Shown: piece by piece, positions 26,467 through 35,855 of the stretch
How the letters are laid out: every line of letters starts with the position of its first letter
How positions within the stretch are numbered: position 1 is the first letter of the stretch
NCBI GenBank assembly: GCA_963747695.1
Contig: CAVVFV010000008.1
Location: 267,592-331,591 of the forward strand
Direction of reading: 5' to 3'
DNA length: 64,000 bases
Source of the DNA: Candidatus Falkowbacteria bacterium
GTDB taxonomy: Bacteria > Patescibacteriota > Patescibacteriia > Patescibacteriales > WJLG01
The notes under the pieces: model-generated
The model's input: only the letters and a program-made list of their open reading frames with translations
Databases searched by the model: none
Told to the model about the DNA's origin: nothing
Translations under genes and position numbers: made by a program

Positions 26467-26496
26467 AAAAACGTCAGCCCCAGGCTGGCGTTTTTA
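26467..26496 (+). terminator. rho-independent terminator of giant gene 1
   Basis: acgtcagcc-cca-ggctggcgt stem plus TTTTT; a near copy of the terminator at 33570-33599. Confidence 0.8.
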
Positions 26497-26590
26497 AGCT
26501 GCCGACGTTAACAAAATTGGTCGTCGTGCTATAATTAAGATGCTTTAAGCGGATTAAATTCACGGCAGATACCGCGAAATCAATAAAAAA

Positions 26591-29500
26591 ATGAAAAAGA
26601 CATTTTTAGTTTTATCAATTGTCCTGGTAACTTTTTTGTTTTTTCTAAGCACGGGCCATGCGGCTCGGGCGGTGAGCATTTCCTATACTTACGTCAGCAG
26701 CACCCGGGATATTTACAATAGCGGCGGCGCGGCGGTTAACGGCGTCACCGGCGTTCCGGTCAGCGGTAATCAAGCGGTCAATGAATCGATTGACAGCGTC
26801 GCGTCGGACGGTTCCGGCGGTTGGTATATCGGCGGAGATTTTACTCAAGTCGGATCTTACGCTCGCGATCATCTTGCCCATATTTTTTCCGATGGTTCGG
26901 TAGACCCTGACTGGAACCCCGGCGCCGATCAGGCGGTTGACGCTCTGGTAGCCAGCGGTTCAACGCTCTATGTCGGCGGTTATTTTACCGCCCTCGGCGG
27001 CCAACCCCGAAATCATCTCGGGGCCCTAGACGCGGCCACTGGTAATATTATCATGGGCTGGGACCCTAATGCCGATAATTATGTTTACGCTCTGGCGGTC
27101 GACGGTTCAACCGTTTATGCCGGCGGCAGATTTACTTCAGTCGGCGGCACAAGCGGTGGAATGGTTGCCCTGGATGCCGCCACGGGCAATGTTAAGAATA
27201 GTTGGACTTATAGCCCCGGAGGTTATATTTTTTCTCTGGCCGCCACCAGTTCAATTATCTATGTTGGCGGAACCTTTACCACTTTCAACGGCCAATCTCG
27301 AGCGAGAATTGCCCGAATTTTATCCGATGGCTCGGTCGATCCTGATTGGAATCCTGGTTCTGCCAGCGAAGTCGATGCTTTAACGATTGGCGATGGAACC
27401 CTCTATGTTGGTAACTACGACGCCAGCGTCGCCTTTAACGCTATTACCGGTGAACAAACCGGCTGGGATCCGCTGGCAAATTGCACTGGAGGCGGCAACA
27501 GTATTAAAGCTTTGGCAATCAGCGGTTCGACTGTTTATGCCGGCGGCTTATTTGAAGACAATTCTGGCTTACAAAGCCAAAATGTTATCGCTTTGGATGC
27601 TGTTACCGGCGCTTGCGTCACCTGGGGTCCTAAAACTAATGGGAATGTTAAGGCTTTGGCAACCGGCGGCGAAAATGTTTATGTTGGCGGTGATTTTAAT
27701 AGCCTGGTCGATGATAATCCAAACCTCACCGCGCCGATTAACCCTCAATTAGTGATCGCTTATGATAACGAACCCGATCCTGGCCTAGGCAACATCGAAA
27801 TCTATGATTATTCCAATGATTCGCTGGTAGAAACCATCCCGGCGGCAAGCGACCAGGTAATCACCAGTCCGTATCCATTGGTAGTCATCACCCCGTCCCA
27901 ATTAGGGGGGAGCACTAAATATTATGTTCTGGTCGACGGTAACGCATTTTTTGATGACAACACGGAAGCCAATGCTGACGGCATTACCGACAAAAATGAA
28001 TTTACTTTTACTACGATAGAAGCATCCGACCTTAGCACTCTGACGGATGACATCGCGACAGCTCAAGGATTATTGGACGACGCCACCGTCGGTACCGATC
28101 CCGGCGATTATCCGCAATCGGCTGTCGATGCTTTACAAGCCGAAGTTGATACGGCCAATGGATTTGACTATACCTATTCTCAGGCCGCGGTTGATGCCGA
28201 AGATGCGGTATTATTATCCGCGATCGATGATTTTAACAATAGCGTTGTTGCCGATTTAAGCACTCTGACTGACGACATCGCGACAGCCAAAAGTTGGCAT
28301 GATCATGCGGTTGCCGGCACGGCGCCCGGCCGCTATCCAGCGCAAGCGATTACCGATCTCGAGAACTCCATTATTACCGCGTCGTCTTTTACATCTAGCG
28401 ATCAACAAAGCGATGTTAATTCAGCCGATTCGGATTTGAACGACGCTGTTACCGTGTTTTTGGATTCGGTAAACGTCGCAAGTCCGTCGGCGAATTTTGC
28501 CGCTCCCGCGGCCATTGATTCTTATTATTACCCGACGGCAATCGTGGCAGCGGATTTTAATAATGATGGCTATGCTGATTTTGCTTCGATCGATTTCGGT
28601 TCCGCCTCCATCTTTCTGAATAATAAGGATAGCACCTTTAGCTCCAGCGGTAATTTTGACGTGGGTCGCATACCGAGCGGTGTGGTGGCGGCGGATTTTG
28701 ATCAGGACGGAAAGATTGATTTACTTACGGCTAATTCTGATGACCGGAATCTCACCTTTCTTAAGGGTAATGGCGACGGGACTTTCGGCGACCCGACAAT
28801 CATTACTGTCGGCAGCGGCAGCGTGACTCCTTCCGCCATCGCCACCGGTTATTTTAATGCTGACGCGTATCCGGATCTGGCGGTTACGGATTCCCTTAAC
28901 GGTAAACTTTATATTTTGATCAATCAGGGCGACGGCACCGGCACTTTTACCGAGACTGACTATGATCTCGATGGTTCTAACCCGACGGATATAGTCGTCG
29001 CTGACTTTAACAATGATGGTCACCCGGATTTAGGAATAGTGAATAAGGATTCCAACAATTTTTCAATTATGCTGGGCGCGGGTGATGGGACTTTTTCCGA
29101 TGATTCCGACGAAAGCGACTTCGACACCAACGGCACGGGACCGAGGGGAATTTTCGCCTACGATTTTAACGGCGACGGCAAGATCGATCTGGCCATCGCG
29201 AATACGGGTGAAAATAATGTTTCGATTTACGATAATGACGGCAGTGGAAATTTTACCTGGTCGGCCGACTATGCGGTTGGTACTGATCCGGAAGCGATCA
29301 CCGGGGCTGACTTCGACGGCGATGGTACGCTGGATTTGGCCATTGCTAACCATACCAGCAATAATATTTCCGTGTTGCTGGGAAATTCCAACGGCACTTT
29401 TCAAGCGGCCAGAAATTACGCCGCGGGCGTCAGCCCTACTGGCATTGCGACGGCCGATTTTAATCACGATGGTTATCCTGATTTGGTGGAAACAAATTTT

Positions 29501-32500
29501 TCCGATAGCAACGAAGTTGAAGTTTTTTTCAACTTAGGAGAAGCGCCGGCGCCGGCGGATTTAAGTACGCTAACCACCGATCTGGGAATCGCGCAAAATT
29601 TGATCATTAATTCCGTGGTCGGTAATGCGGTCGGCCAATTTACCGCCCCGGCCGTGGCCGACTTGCAAGCCGCTTTTGATACGGCTGACGCGATTACGGA
29701 AAGCGATTCCCAGGCAACGGTTGACGCCGCCGACGCGGCTTTGAATCTTGCCATCACTAATTTCGAAAATAGCGCGAATCCCGTGGCAATTCACGATATT
29801 ACCAGCTGCCAAGACTTACAAGACATTGATGCTGAAATCAATGCTGATTCCTCCGCCGCTTATGATGATTACGAGATCACTGTCCCGATAATTGATTGCG
29901 CTGGGATAAACGGCGGAAATGGGTTCTACCCCATCTCCTATGCTTTTTACGGAACATTAAACGGCAATGGCGCCAAGATCATTAATTTTAATGTTACCCA
30001 TGGTAATGATACGACCACCGGCTTATTCGAAGATCTGGAGAGCGGCGCGATTTTAAAAAATCTGACCTTATCCGGCGATTTATTTTCCGCGCCCACCGGC
30101 AGCTACATCGGCGTCTTGGCCGGATTTGCCGAGGGAAATATAACTATTCAAAATGTCACCAGTACGATTTCCAATTTAGACGGTACCGGTAATGTCGAAG
30201 TCGGCGGCTTGATCGGCGAGTATGAGGATAGTGCTTCGGGACCGGGATTAACCCTCAGCAACGCTCACGTTTCCTCGACAATCATTGCTAATTCGGTTTT
30301 AGTTCCCGATGCCGGCGGGCTGGTCGGCATTCTGAATACTGGCGGCGGCGGAGAACAATCCATTTCTGACAGCAGTTTTTCCGGTTCGATCAGCGCTTTT
30401 GGCGGCTTAACGGCCGCTGGACTGATCGGTTTTCTAGAGGCCGATGGCGCTGATGATATTTCGATTAGCAGCAGTTCCGCCAGCGGCGATATCTTGGGCG
30501 GCTCTAATTACGGCTATTCTCTTATCGGCTATGGCTTTTCCGGCACCGGGGGTTTGATCGGCCATTTTTATTTTACCGGTGATCCGACTTTGACGATTTC
30601 CAACTGTCATTATTCGGACGGCCAGATCACTGACGGTGATAGCGGCAGCAGTAATGATTCGGTGGGTGGGTTGTTGGGTATTTTTGATAATGAATCGAGC
30701 GCTTATACGCAAGCCAACATCATCAGCCAAAGCTATTCTACCGGAAATATTTTTTCTTATGGCGCATCAAATTCTGTCGGTGGTTTGGTCGGCCAAGTGA
30801 TTAATGCCGGAAATTGCAGCGGCAATTGCACAGGCAGTTTTAATATCTCCCAAAGCTCGGCGGGGGGCAATGTCACCGATGATCCGTCAGATTTAGGCGG
30901 CCTGGTCGGCGGCCTGGTCGGAGCAATCGCTAATGACGGAACTATTGAAAATTTTTCAGTGGCCTCTACTTCGGTCAGCGGGTCGGTCAGCGGCGACGGG
31001 CAAGTTGGCGGTTTGTTTGGAATTGCCTACGGCGATATTGATATCCGAGATGTGACCAGCACCATCACCAGTTTACAGGGTGATGCGGATAGCTCGGAAA
31101 TTGGCGGCTTAATCGGGCAATATTATGATGATAATTCAGGAAACGGACTCAATATAGATGATGTTTATGTGTCCTCGACGATTTCCGGCGCCGAGAGTGA
31201 TAATAATCCTAATGTCGGAGGAATGATTGGTGGTTTTATCAGCGATGGCGGCGCGCGGCATTCCGTGACCGGCAGTAATGTTTCCGGTAAGATTTTGAGC
31301 AATGGCGATAGCACCGGCGGCGTAATCGGTTTTGCCGGCATCAGCAGCGATGAAGTTATTTCACTTGGCAATAATAATATCAGCAGCACAATTTCCGGCG
31401 GTGACGATACCGGCGGGTTGATTGGCTATTTTTATTCCGATGGCAATCCGATTTTAACGATCACTAAAAGCAATTTTGTCGGCAGCGAGATCGACGGCGG
31501 AACCTATGTCGGCGGTTTGTTGGGAATTTTTGAAAACGCCTCGTCGGCTTATTCGCAAATCGATGTCATCGGCCAAAGCTATTCCACTGCGAAAATTAAT
31601 GCTACCGGCAACGGTGTCGGCGGTTTGTTCGGAATAATGGAAGATGATGAGCAGTGCGTCGCCGGTTGCTCCGGGGGTCTGGTCGTTTCGGAAAGTTATC
31701 ACCAAGGTGATGTTAGCGGTGACGACGGTTCTGTCGGCGGTTTGGTCGGAGTAATGATCGACGGAAATTTTTCCCTTAAAAATTCTTATGCTTCGGGCAA
31801 TGTCAGTGGCAGTGATACCGTCGGCGGTTTGGTGGGTGCCATGGAAATGTATGCGCCGATAATGTCAATCGACCGATCATATGCTTATGGCGCCATTTCC
31901 GCCGTAACCGACGATGCCGGCGGTCTGGTCGGCGATTTGGAAAGCGGAAACATGACTAACTCATTCAGTACAAGCGATGTTAGCGGCGGCGGATCGAATA
32001 TCGGTGGCTTAGTTGGCATTGTGGGCAACGAAAACTATTTGATAAATGATTATTGGCATGACTCACTCGATAATGGCGTTGGGAATGGAGCCGAAGATAC
32101 CAGCGCCGGTCATTTTGTCAAAGTCGGTTCAGCTGCTTCTTTTCAGAATAACAGCTCTAACCCGCCGCTTGATCAATGGAATTTTTCCGGACCCAATCCG
32201 ATTTGGCTGACAGCTGTTTCGGCTTATCCGGCCTTGAATCCTGATTATCTCGCCAATACCACGGTTTATAACCTTAACTATTCAGCTGATGCCAACGGAT
32301 CGATAACCGGCGCTGCCGCGCAATTTGTCTTATCCGGCACTGATGGCTCATCCGTGACCGCCATGCCTAATGATGGTTATCATTTCGTCAATTGGAGCGA
32401 TAGTTCAACTGATAATCCTCACACTGATATTAATGTTACTCAAGACATTTCCGTCACCGCCAACTTCGCGGCTAACTCAATCACCCAATATACTTTGACT

Positions 32501-33544
32501 TACTCAGCCGGAGCGCATGGAACAATCATGGGTAGCAGTCCTCAGACCGTGAATTCCGGCGACACCGGAGCAGCCGTGACTGCCGTGCCGAATTCCGGTT
32601 ATCAGTTTGTCGTTTGGAGTGATAGTTCCACGGTCAATCCTCGCACCGATATCAATGTCACCTCCGATATTTCAGTTACCGCAACTTTCGAAATTATTCC
32701 TGTCCAATCCGGCGGTGGCAGCGGACCAATTTCCATCCCGGCTTGTTCGGCGGTTGTTTACGGTAACTGGGGAAGCTGCGTCAATGGCATCCAATATCGC
32801 AATATTTTAAGCCAGTCTCCCGCCAGCTGTCCGTTAACACCCGCTCAGCAGGGTGCAAGATCAATGGCTTGCGGCATAGCTCCGATTACCCCGATCGTCA
32901 CCTCGACAATCCCGGTACCCCCGGTCACTCCGGTAATTCCCAGCCCCCCGTCGACCGCATTGCAAATTATCGCCAGCGAAGCCGGAATTATCAGCGCGAA
33001 TAATCTTCAAAGTTTATTAATTTATTTAGGAGTAAAGGCTGATCCGGCGGCGGAGCGGACCAGTTTGAAAAAATATCAGACAATCCTTAGCCAAGACAAA
33101 AAGATCACGGCGGCTGAAAAAATTGTTATCAATTATTTCATCGTCTATGGCACGCCAACCACCGCGCATCTGGGATCGGGACAACGGGCCGGATTGATCA
33201 ATTCTTATTTCCAGGCGTATGGTAAATTGCCCAATTCCAAAGCCGAATGGTCGGATGTGATCAAGATCGCCAATGGCCGCTGGCCGAGCGAACGCAGTGT
33301 GTCCGCGGAGAACCAAGCGAAGATAGAGTTTAGAAAAGTTTATGGCCGTTATCCGGTTTTGACTAATACTCATGACCAGAGCGCGGTCATTATTATCGCT
33401 TACGGTTTATTGCCTCTACAGCGTCATTTGGCCAGTGAAGCGGCGGCCATTAAAATTTTTAGCCTTCATTATCGGCACGCCCCGGTCAATGCTTTAGCTT
33501 GGAACGTCGTCCGCGCCATCGCTTATTCGGGTGCAACCAGATGA
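26591..33544 (+). CDS. giant surface protein paralog: signal peptide, beta-propeller repeats (DUF5122/delta-60-like), helical linkers, FG-GAP/VCBS propeller, two GLUG modules, two InlB-B-type repeats, same C-terminal domain
   Basis: 2317-aa ORF. The N-terminal repeats are DGSVDPDWNPG...V.AL...GSTLYVGG.FT..GG. Otherwise it shares the module grammar of gene 1, including the CQDLQDID module start and the NDYW.DS.DNG.GNG...HF.K module end. Confidence 0.9.
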   Translation: MKKTFLVLSIVLVTFLFFLSTGHAARAVSISYTYVSSTRDIYNSGGAAVNGVTGVPVSGNQAVNESIDSVASDGSGGWYIGGDFTQVGSYARDHLAHIFSDGSVDPDWNPGADQAVDALVASGSTLYVGGYFTALGGQPRNHLGALDAATGNIIMGWDPNADNYVYALAVDGSTVYAGGRFTSVGGTSGGMVALDAATGNVKNSWTYSPGGYIFSLAATSSIIYVGGTFTTFNGQSRARIARILSDGSVDPDWNPGSASEVDALTIGDGTLYVGNYDASVAFNAITGEQTGWDPLANCTGGGNSIKALAISGSTVYAGGLFEDNSGLQSQNVIALDAVTGACVTWGPKTNGNVKALATGGENVYVGGDFNSLVDDNPNLTAPINPQLVIAYDNEPDPGLGNIEIYDYSNDSLVETIPAASDQVITSPYPLVVITPSQLGGSTKYYVLVDGNAFFDDNTEANADGITDKNEFTFTTIEASDLSTLTDDIATAQGLLDDATVGTDPGDYPQSAVDALQAEVDTANGFDYTYSQAAVDAEDAVLLSAIDDFNNSVVADLSTLTDDIATAKSWHDHAVAGTAPGRYPAQAITDLENSIITASSFTSSDQQSDVNSADSDLNDAVTVFLDSVNVASPSANFAAPAAIDSYYYPTAIVAADFNNDGYADFASIDFGSASIFLNNKDSTFSSSGNFDVGRIPSGVVAADFDQDGKIDLLTANSDDRNLTFLKGNGDGTFGDPTIITVGSGSVTPSAIATGYFNADAYPDLAVTDSLNGKLYILINQGDGTGTFTETDYDLDGSNPTDIVVADFNNDGHPDLGIVNKDSNNFSIMLGAGDGTFSDDSDESDFDTNGTGPRGIFAYDFNGDGKIDLAIANTGENNVSIYDNDGSGNFTWSADYAVGTDPEAITGADFDGDGTLDLAIANHTSNNISVLLGNSNGTFQAARNYAAGVSPTGIATADFNHDGYPDLVETNFSDSNEVEVFFNLGEAPAPADLSTLTTDLGIAQNLIINSVVGNAVGQFTAPAVADLQAAFDTADAITESDSQATVDAADAALNLAITNFENSANPVAIHDITSCQDLQDIDAEINADSSAAYDDYEITVPIIDCAGINGGNGFYPISYAFYGTLNGNGAKIINFNVTHGNDTTTGLFEDLESGAILKNLTLSGDLFSAPTGSYIGVLAGFAEGNITIQNVTSTISNLDGTGNVEVGGLIGEYEDSASGPGLTLSNAHVSSTIIANSVLVPDAGGLVGILNTGGGGEQSISDSSFSGSISAFGGLTAAGLIGFLEADGADDISISSSSASGDILGGSNYGYSLIGYGFSGTGGLIGHFYFTGDPTLTISNCHYSDGQITDGDSGSSNDSVGGLLGIFDNESSAYTQANIISQSYSTGNIFSYGASNSVGGLVGQVINAGNCSGNCTGSFNISQSSAGGNVTDDPSDLGGLVGGLVGAIANDGTIENFSVASTSVSGSVSGDGQVGGLFGIAYGDIDIRDVTSTITSLQGDADSSEIGGLIGQYYDDNSGNGLNIDDVYVSSTISGAESDNNPNVGGMIGGFISDGGARHSVTGSNVSGKILSNGDSTGGVIGFAGISSDEVISLGNNNISSTISGGDDTGGLIGYFYSDGNPILTITKSNFVGSEIDGGTYVGGLLGIFENASSAYSQIDVIGQSYSTAKINATGNGVGGLFGIMEDDEQCVAGCSGGLVVSESYHQGDVSGDDGSVGGLVGVMIDGNFSLKNSYASGNVSGSDTVGGLVGAMEMYAPIMSIDRSYAYGAISAVTDDAGGLVGDLESGNMTNSFSTSDVSGGGSNIGGLVGIVGNENYLINDYWHDSLDNGVGNGAEDTSAGHFVKVGSAASFQNNSSNPPLDQWNFSGPNPIWLTAVSAYPALNPDYLANTTVYNLNYSADANGSITGAAAQFVLSGTDGSSVTAMPNDGYHFVNWSDSSTDNPHTDINVTQDISVTANFAANSITQYTLTYSAGAHGTIMGSSPQTVNSGDTGAAVTAVPNSGYQFVVWSDSSTVNPRTDINVTSDISVTATFEIIPVQSGGGSGPISIPACSAVVYGNWGSCVNGIQYRNILSQSPASCPLTPAQQGARSMACGIAPITPIVTSTIPVPPVTPVIPSPPSTALQIIASEAGIISANNLQSLLIYLGVKADPAAERTSLKKYQTILSQDKKITAAEKIVINYFIVYGTPTTAHLGSGQRAGLINSYFQAYGKLPNSKAEWSDVIKIANGRWPSERSVSAENQAKIEFRKVYGRYPVLTNTHDQSAVIIIAYGLLPLQRHLASEAAAIKIFSLHYRHAPVNALAWNVVRAIAYSGATR

Positions 33545-33569
33545 TTTATTTTTAAATTTTCTGAATATC

Positions 33570-33599
33570 AAAAACGTCAGCTCAAGGCTGACGTTTTTA
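33570..33599 (+). terminator. rho-independent terminator of giant gene 2
   Basis: acgtcagc-tcaag-gctgacgt perfect 8-bp stem plus TTTTT. Confidence 0.85.
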
Positions 33600-33600
33600 A

Positions 33601-33613
33601 TTTGTGCTCTCGA
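33601..33613. repeat. 13-bp duplicate of the tRNA-Arg(CCG) 3' acceptor end
   Basis: tttgtgctctcga at 33601-33613 is identical to 33759-33771 (3' end plus flank of the intact tRNA). Confidence 0.8.
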
Positions 33614-33726
33614 TCCGCCCGAGGCGGACAAGCAGGAAATCGGCGCGGTGCATAAAAGAATCGCGGTATGCCGATTTGGGAATTATTTTAGGTTCCCCAA
33701 ACCCCTCCCGTTCGATTCCTGTCGGA

Positions 33727-33751
33727 CAAAACAAAAACGGGCCAGGGGCCC
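33727..33751 (-). terminator. short GC hairpin plus T-run downstream of tRNA-Arg(CCG)
   Basis: Minus strand gggcc-cct-ggccc followed by gtttttgtttt. Confidence 0.5.
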
Positions 33752-33763
33752 ATTTTCGTTTTG

Positions 33764-33835
33764 TGCTCTCGACAGGAATCGAACCTGTATCGCAAGCTTC
33801 GGAGGCCTGCGTCCTATCCGTTGAACGACGAGAGC
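33764..33835 (-). tRNA. tRNA-Arg (anticodon CCG)
   Basis: Hand-folded cloverleaf: acceptor GCTCTCG/CGAGAGC, D arm GTTC-AACGGATA-GGAC, anticodon arm CAGGC-CTCCGAA-GCTTG, T arm ACAGG-TTCGATT-CCTGT, discriminator A. No encoded CCA. Confidence 0.88.
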
Positions 33836-33873
33836 TTTCTGATATGATTTTTTTGGCTATTTCTAAAATCAGC

Positions 33874-33962
33874 GATTTATCCGTTGCCCGCTACGTCGGC
33901 CATAGGCCGCGAGCGGGTCCGCGCACGCCGCCGAGCGGCGATGCCGCGGAAACGACGAGAGC
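33874..33962 (-). pseudogene. tRNA-Arg 5' fragment (acceptor and D-loop) interrupted by a ~65-nt GC-rich insert
   Basis: Minus strand GCTCTCGTCGTT [65-nt GC-rich insert] CAACGGATAAAT repeats the first ~25 nt of the adjacent tRNA. No T arm or 3' acceptor follows. Confidence 0.55.
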
Positions 33963-34032
33963 GGAAAATAATTATAAATTACAAATTATTAATTAAAAAT
34001 TATCGGTATAATAATGCAGTTAGATTTATTTA

Positions 34033-34791
34033 CTAGTCTATCTTCCTTAACGAATTTAAAGACCACCAAAAAATCAGCGACATCAGCAAAAACATGATCA
34101 CAAATCCGACACCAACATCCATGCTCATAAAATTGCCGGCGAACAAGGCGCGTGAAGCGCTGACGGCATAATAGAAAGGGTTTACTTTGGCAGCGTCTTG
34201 CAGCCAAAGCGGGGCGAGCGCTAACGGCAACATAATGCCGGACATCAGAAAGATCGGCAGAGTGATGGTGTTCAAAGTCGGGGCCAGCGGATCCTCAGTG
34301 CGATAGATTAAGGCGAAAGAATAGGAGATGGAGGCCATGGTGATTGCGACCATCGCATATAATATCAGAGAGATCAAAAAACCGCCGACGCTGACGTTGA
34401 GTCCGAAAGGGAGGGCGACCAGCGTAATTAAGACGCATTGGATTATCAGAACGATCGCGTCGCGCAAAACGCGGCCCAGGAGGATGGCCGAGCGATGGAC
34501 GGGCGTGACCAGGAATCTTTCGATCACTCCGGATTTGATATCATCGATCAGATTGAAACCGACAAAGGCCGAACCGAACAGCGCCATCATCACTAAAAGT
34601 CCGGGAATGAAGATCTGAACGGTTTTTCCGGCCGGCAGTCCCGGCACGCCGCCCAGATTCTGCAGCAGCGGCATAAATAAAAATAAATATAAGAGCGGCT
34701 GGAACAAGCTGACAAAAATAAAAATCGGACTGCGCAGCGTCTGCCGCATATTCCGGATGAACATTAATTTTACCTCTCGCAATAGTTTCAT
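34033..34791 (-). CDS. ABC-2 type transporter permease
   Basis: 252 aa, 6 predicted TM helices, immediately downstream of the ATPase (1-nt gap). Confidence 0.85.
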   Translation of the reverse strand: MKLLREVKLMFIRNMRQTLRSPIFIFVSLFQPLLYLFLFMPLLQNLGGVPGLPAGKTVQIFIPGLLVMMALFGSAFVGFNLIDDIKSGVIERFLVTPVHRSAILLGRVLRDAIVLIIQCVLITLVALPFGLNVSVGGFLISLILYAMVAITMASISYSFALIYRTEDPLAPTLNTITLPIFLMSGIMLPLALAPLWLQDAAKVNPFYYAVSASRALFAGNFMSMDVGVGFVIMFLLMSLIFWWSLNSLRKID

Positions 34792-34792
34792 A

Positions 34793-35770
34793 TTATTTAT
34801 CTTCTCTCAATGAACGCCCGGTATATTTCAAGAAGACGTCATCAAGGCTTGGCTTGGACAAGACGATACTCTGCGCCTCAAATCGATTGGCATCGAGTAG
34901 CCGTAAAATTTCCGGCATCGAGTGATCGCCGTCCTTAATATAGATCCGGATAGTACTGTTTTCCAGTGCTATCTTGTTAGGATGGAATTTTTCCGCTAAC
35001 AGATTCTGCGCTTGGCCGGCAATCTTCTCATCGGCAAATCCGAAAACTATGATATCAGCGCCGATGCTATTTTTTAATTCGTGCGGCGTTCCCTGGATGA
35101 TGATCGTGCCGTTGTCGATGATGGCGATCGTATCACAAAGTTTATCCGCTTCATCCATATAGTGCGTCGTCAGGAAAATCGTCACGCCGTCGGCTTTCAA
35201 TTTTTTTATCTCTTCCCACATATAAACGCGGCTCTGCGGATCAAGACCGGTGGTCGGTTCATCAAGCAAGAGAAGCTGCGGCCGATGCGTCATTCCCAGC
35301 GCGACATCCAAGCGGCGTTTCTGTCCGCCGGAATAGGTGGCGGCCGGACGATCGGCGAAAGAGTTCATTTGGAAACGGCTGACCAATTCCTCGGCATGTT
35401 TTTTGGCGGTCCGGTCATCGATGCCGTAAAGTTGCGCTTGGAGAATCAGATTTTCATAACCGGTAGCGCCGGCATCCGTGCCGCCGGCTTGGCTGACATA
35501 GCCGATATTTTTCCGGATCTTATCTTGCTGTTTGGATAGATCAAATCCCGCAATCATCGCTTTACCGGCCGTCGGGATCAATAAGGTGGAAAGCATTTTT
35601 TGGGTGGTGGATTTACCGGCGCCATTCGGGCCGAGAAAACCGAAAATTTCTCCCTGGCGCACCGTTAAATCGACGCCGCGCACGGCTTCCACTTCTTCTT
35701 GCTTGCCTTTGACCTTAGAAACAAAAGTTTTCTTGAGACCCTTTGTTTCGATAGTGAATTCTTCCGCCAT
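34793..35770 (-). CDS. ABC transporter ATP-binding protein (DrrA/ABC-2 exporter type)
   Basis: Walker A GPNGAGKST, signature YSGGQKRRL, Walker B LLLLDEPTTGLD. Confidence 0.92.
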   Translation of the reverse strand: MAEEFTIETKGLKKTFVSKVKGKQEEVEAVRGVDLTVRQGEIFGFLGPNGAGKSTTQKMLSTLLIPTAGKAMIAGFDLSKQQDKIRKNIGYVSQAGGTDAGATGYENLILQAQLYGIDDRTAKKHAEELVSRFQMNSFADRPAATYSGGQKRRLDVALGMTHRPQLLLLDEPTTGLDPQSRVYMWEEIKKLKADGVTIFLTTHYMDEADKLCDTIAIIDNGTIIIQGTPHELKNSIGADIIVFGFADEKIAGQAQNLLAEKFHPNKIALENSTIRIYIKDGDHSMPEILRLLDANRFEAQSIVLSKPSLDDVFLKYTGRSLREDK

Positions 35771-35810
35771 ATAAATAAATTATCGGTTAAAAATTATGAG
35801 TTGTCAACTT

Positions 35811-35840
35811 AAAAAAGCTCCGATTTCCGGAGCTTAATTT
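35811..35840 (-). terminator. rho-independent terminator after the 35856 gene
   Basis: agctccg/cggagct 7-bp stem flanked by an A-run and a T-run. Confidence 0.6.
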
Positions 35841-35855
35841 TAATGAAAGCGATAA

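Noticed and set aside
17221-33373. Dozens of 60-226 aa ORFs in other frames or strands inside the two giant genes (e.g. 24507-25187 minus, 22269-22841 minus)
   Set aside because: All are nested in one continuous, repeat-rich, domain-coherent reading frame. Their low-complexity Gly/Arg/Ile composition is typical of off-frame reads of GGxGGxxT-rich DNA.
33531-33996. ORFs 33531-33824 and 33604-33996 (plus strand)
   Set aside because: They run across a terminator, REP-like hairpins, the tRNA-Arg gene (antisense) and its fragments, so they are not plausible proteins.
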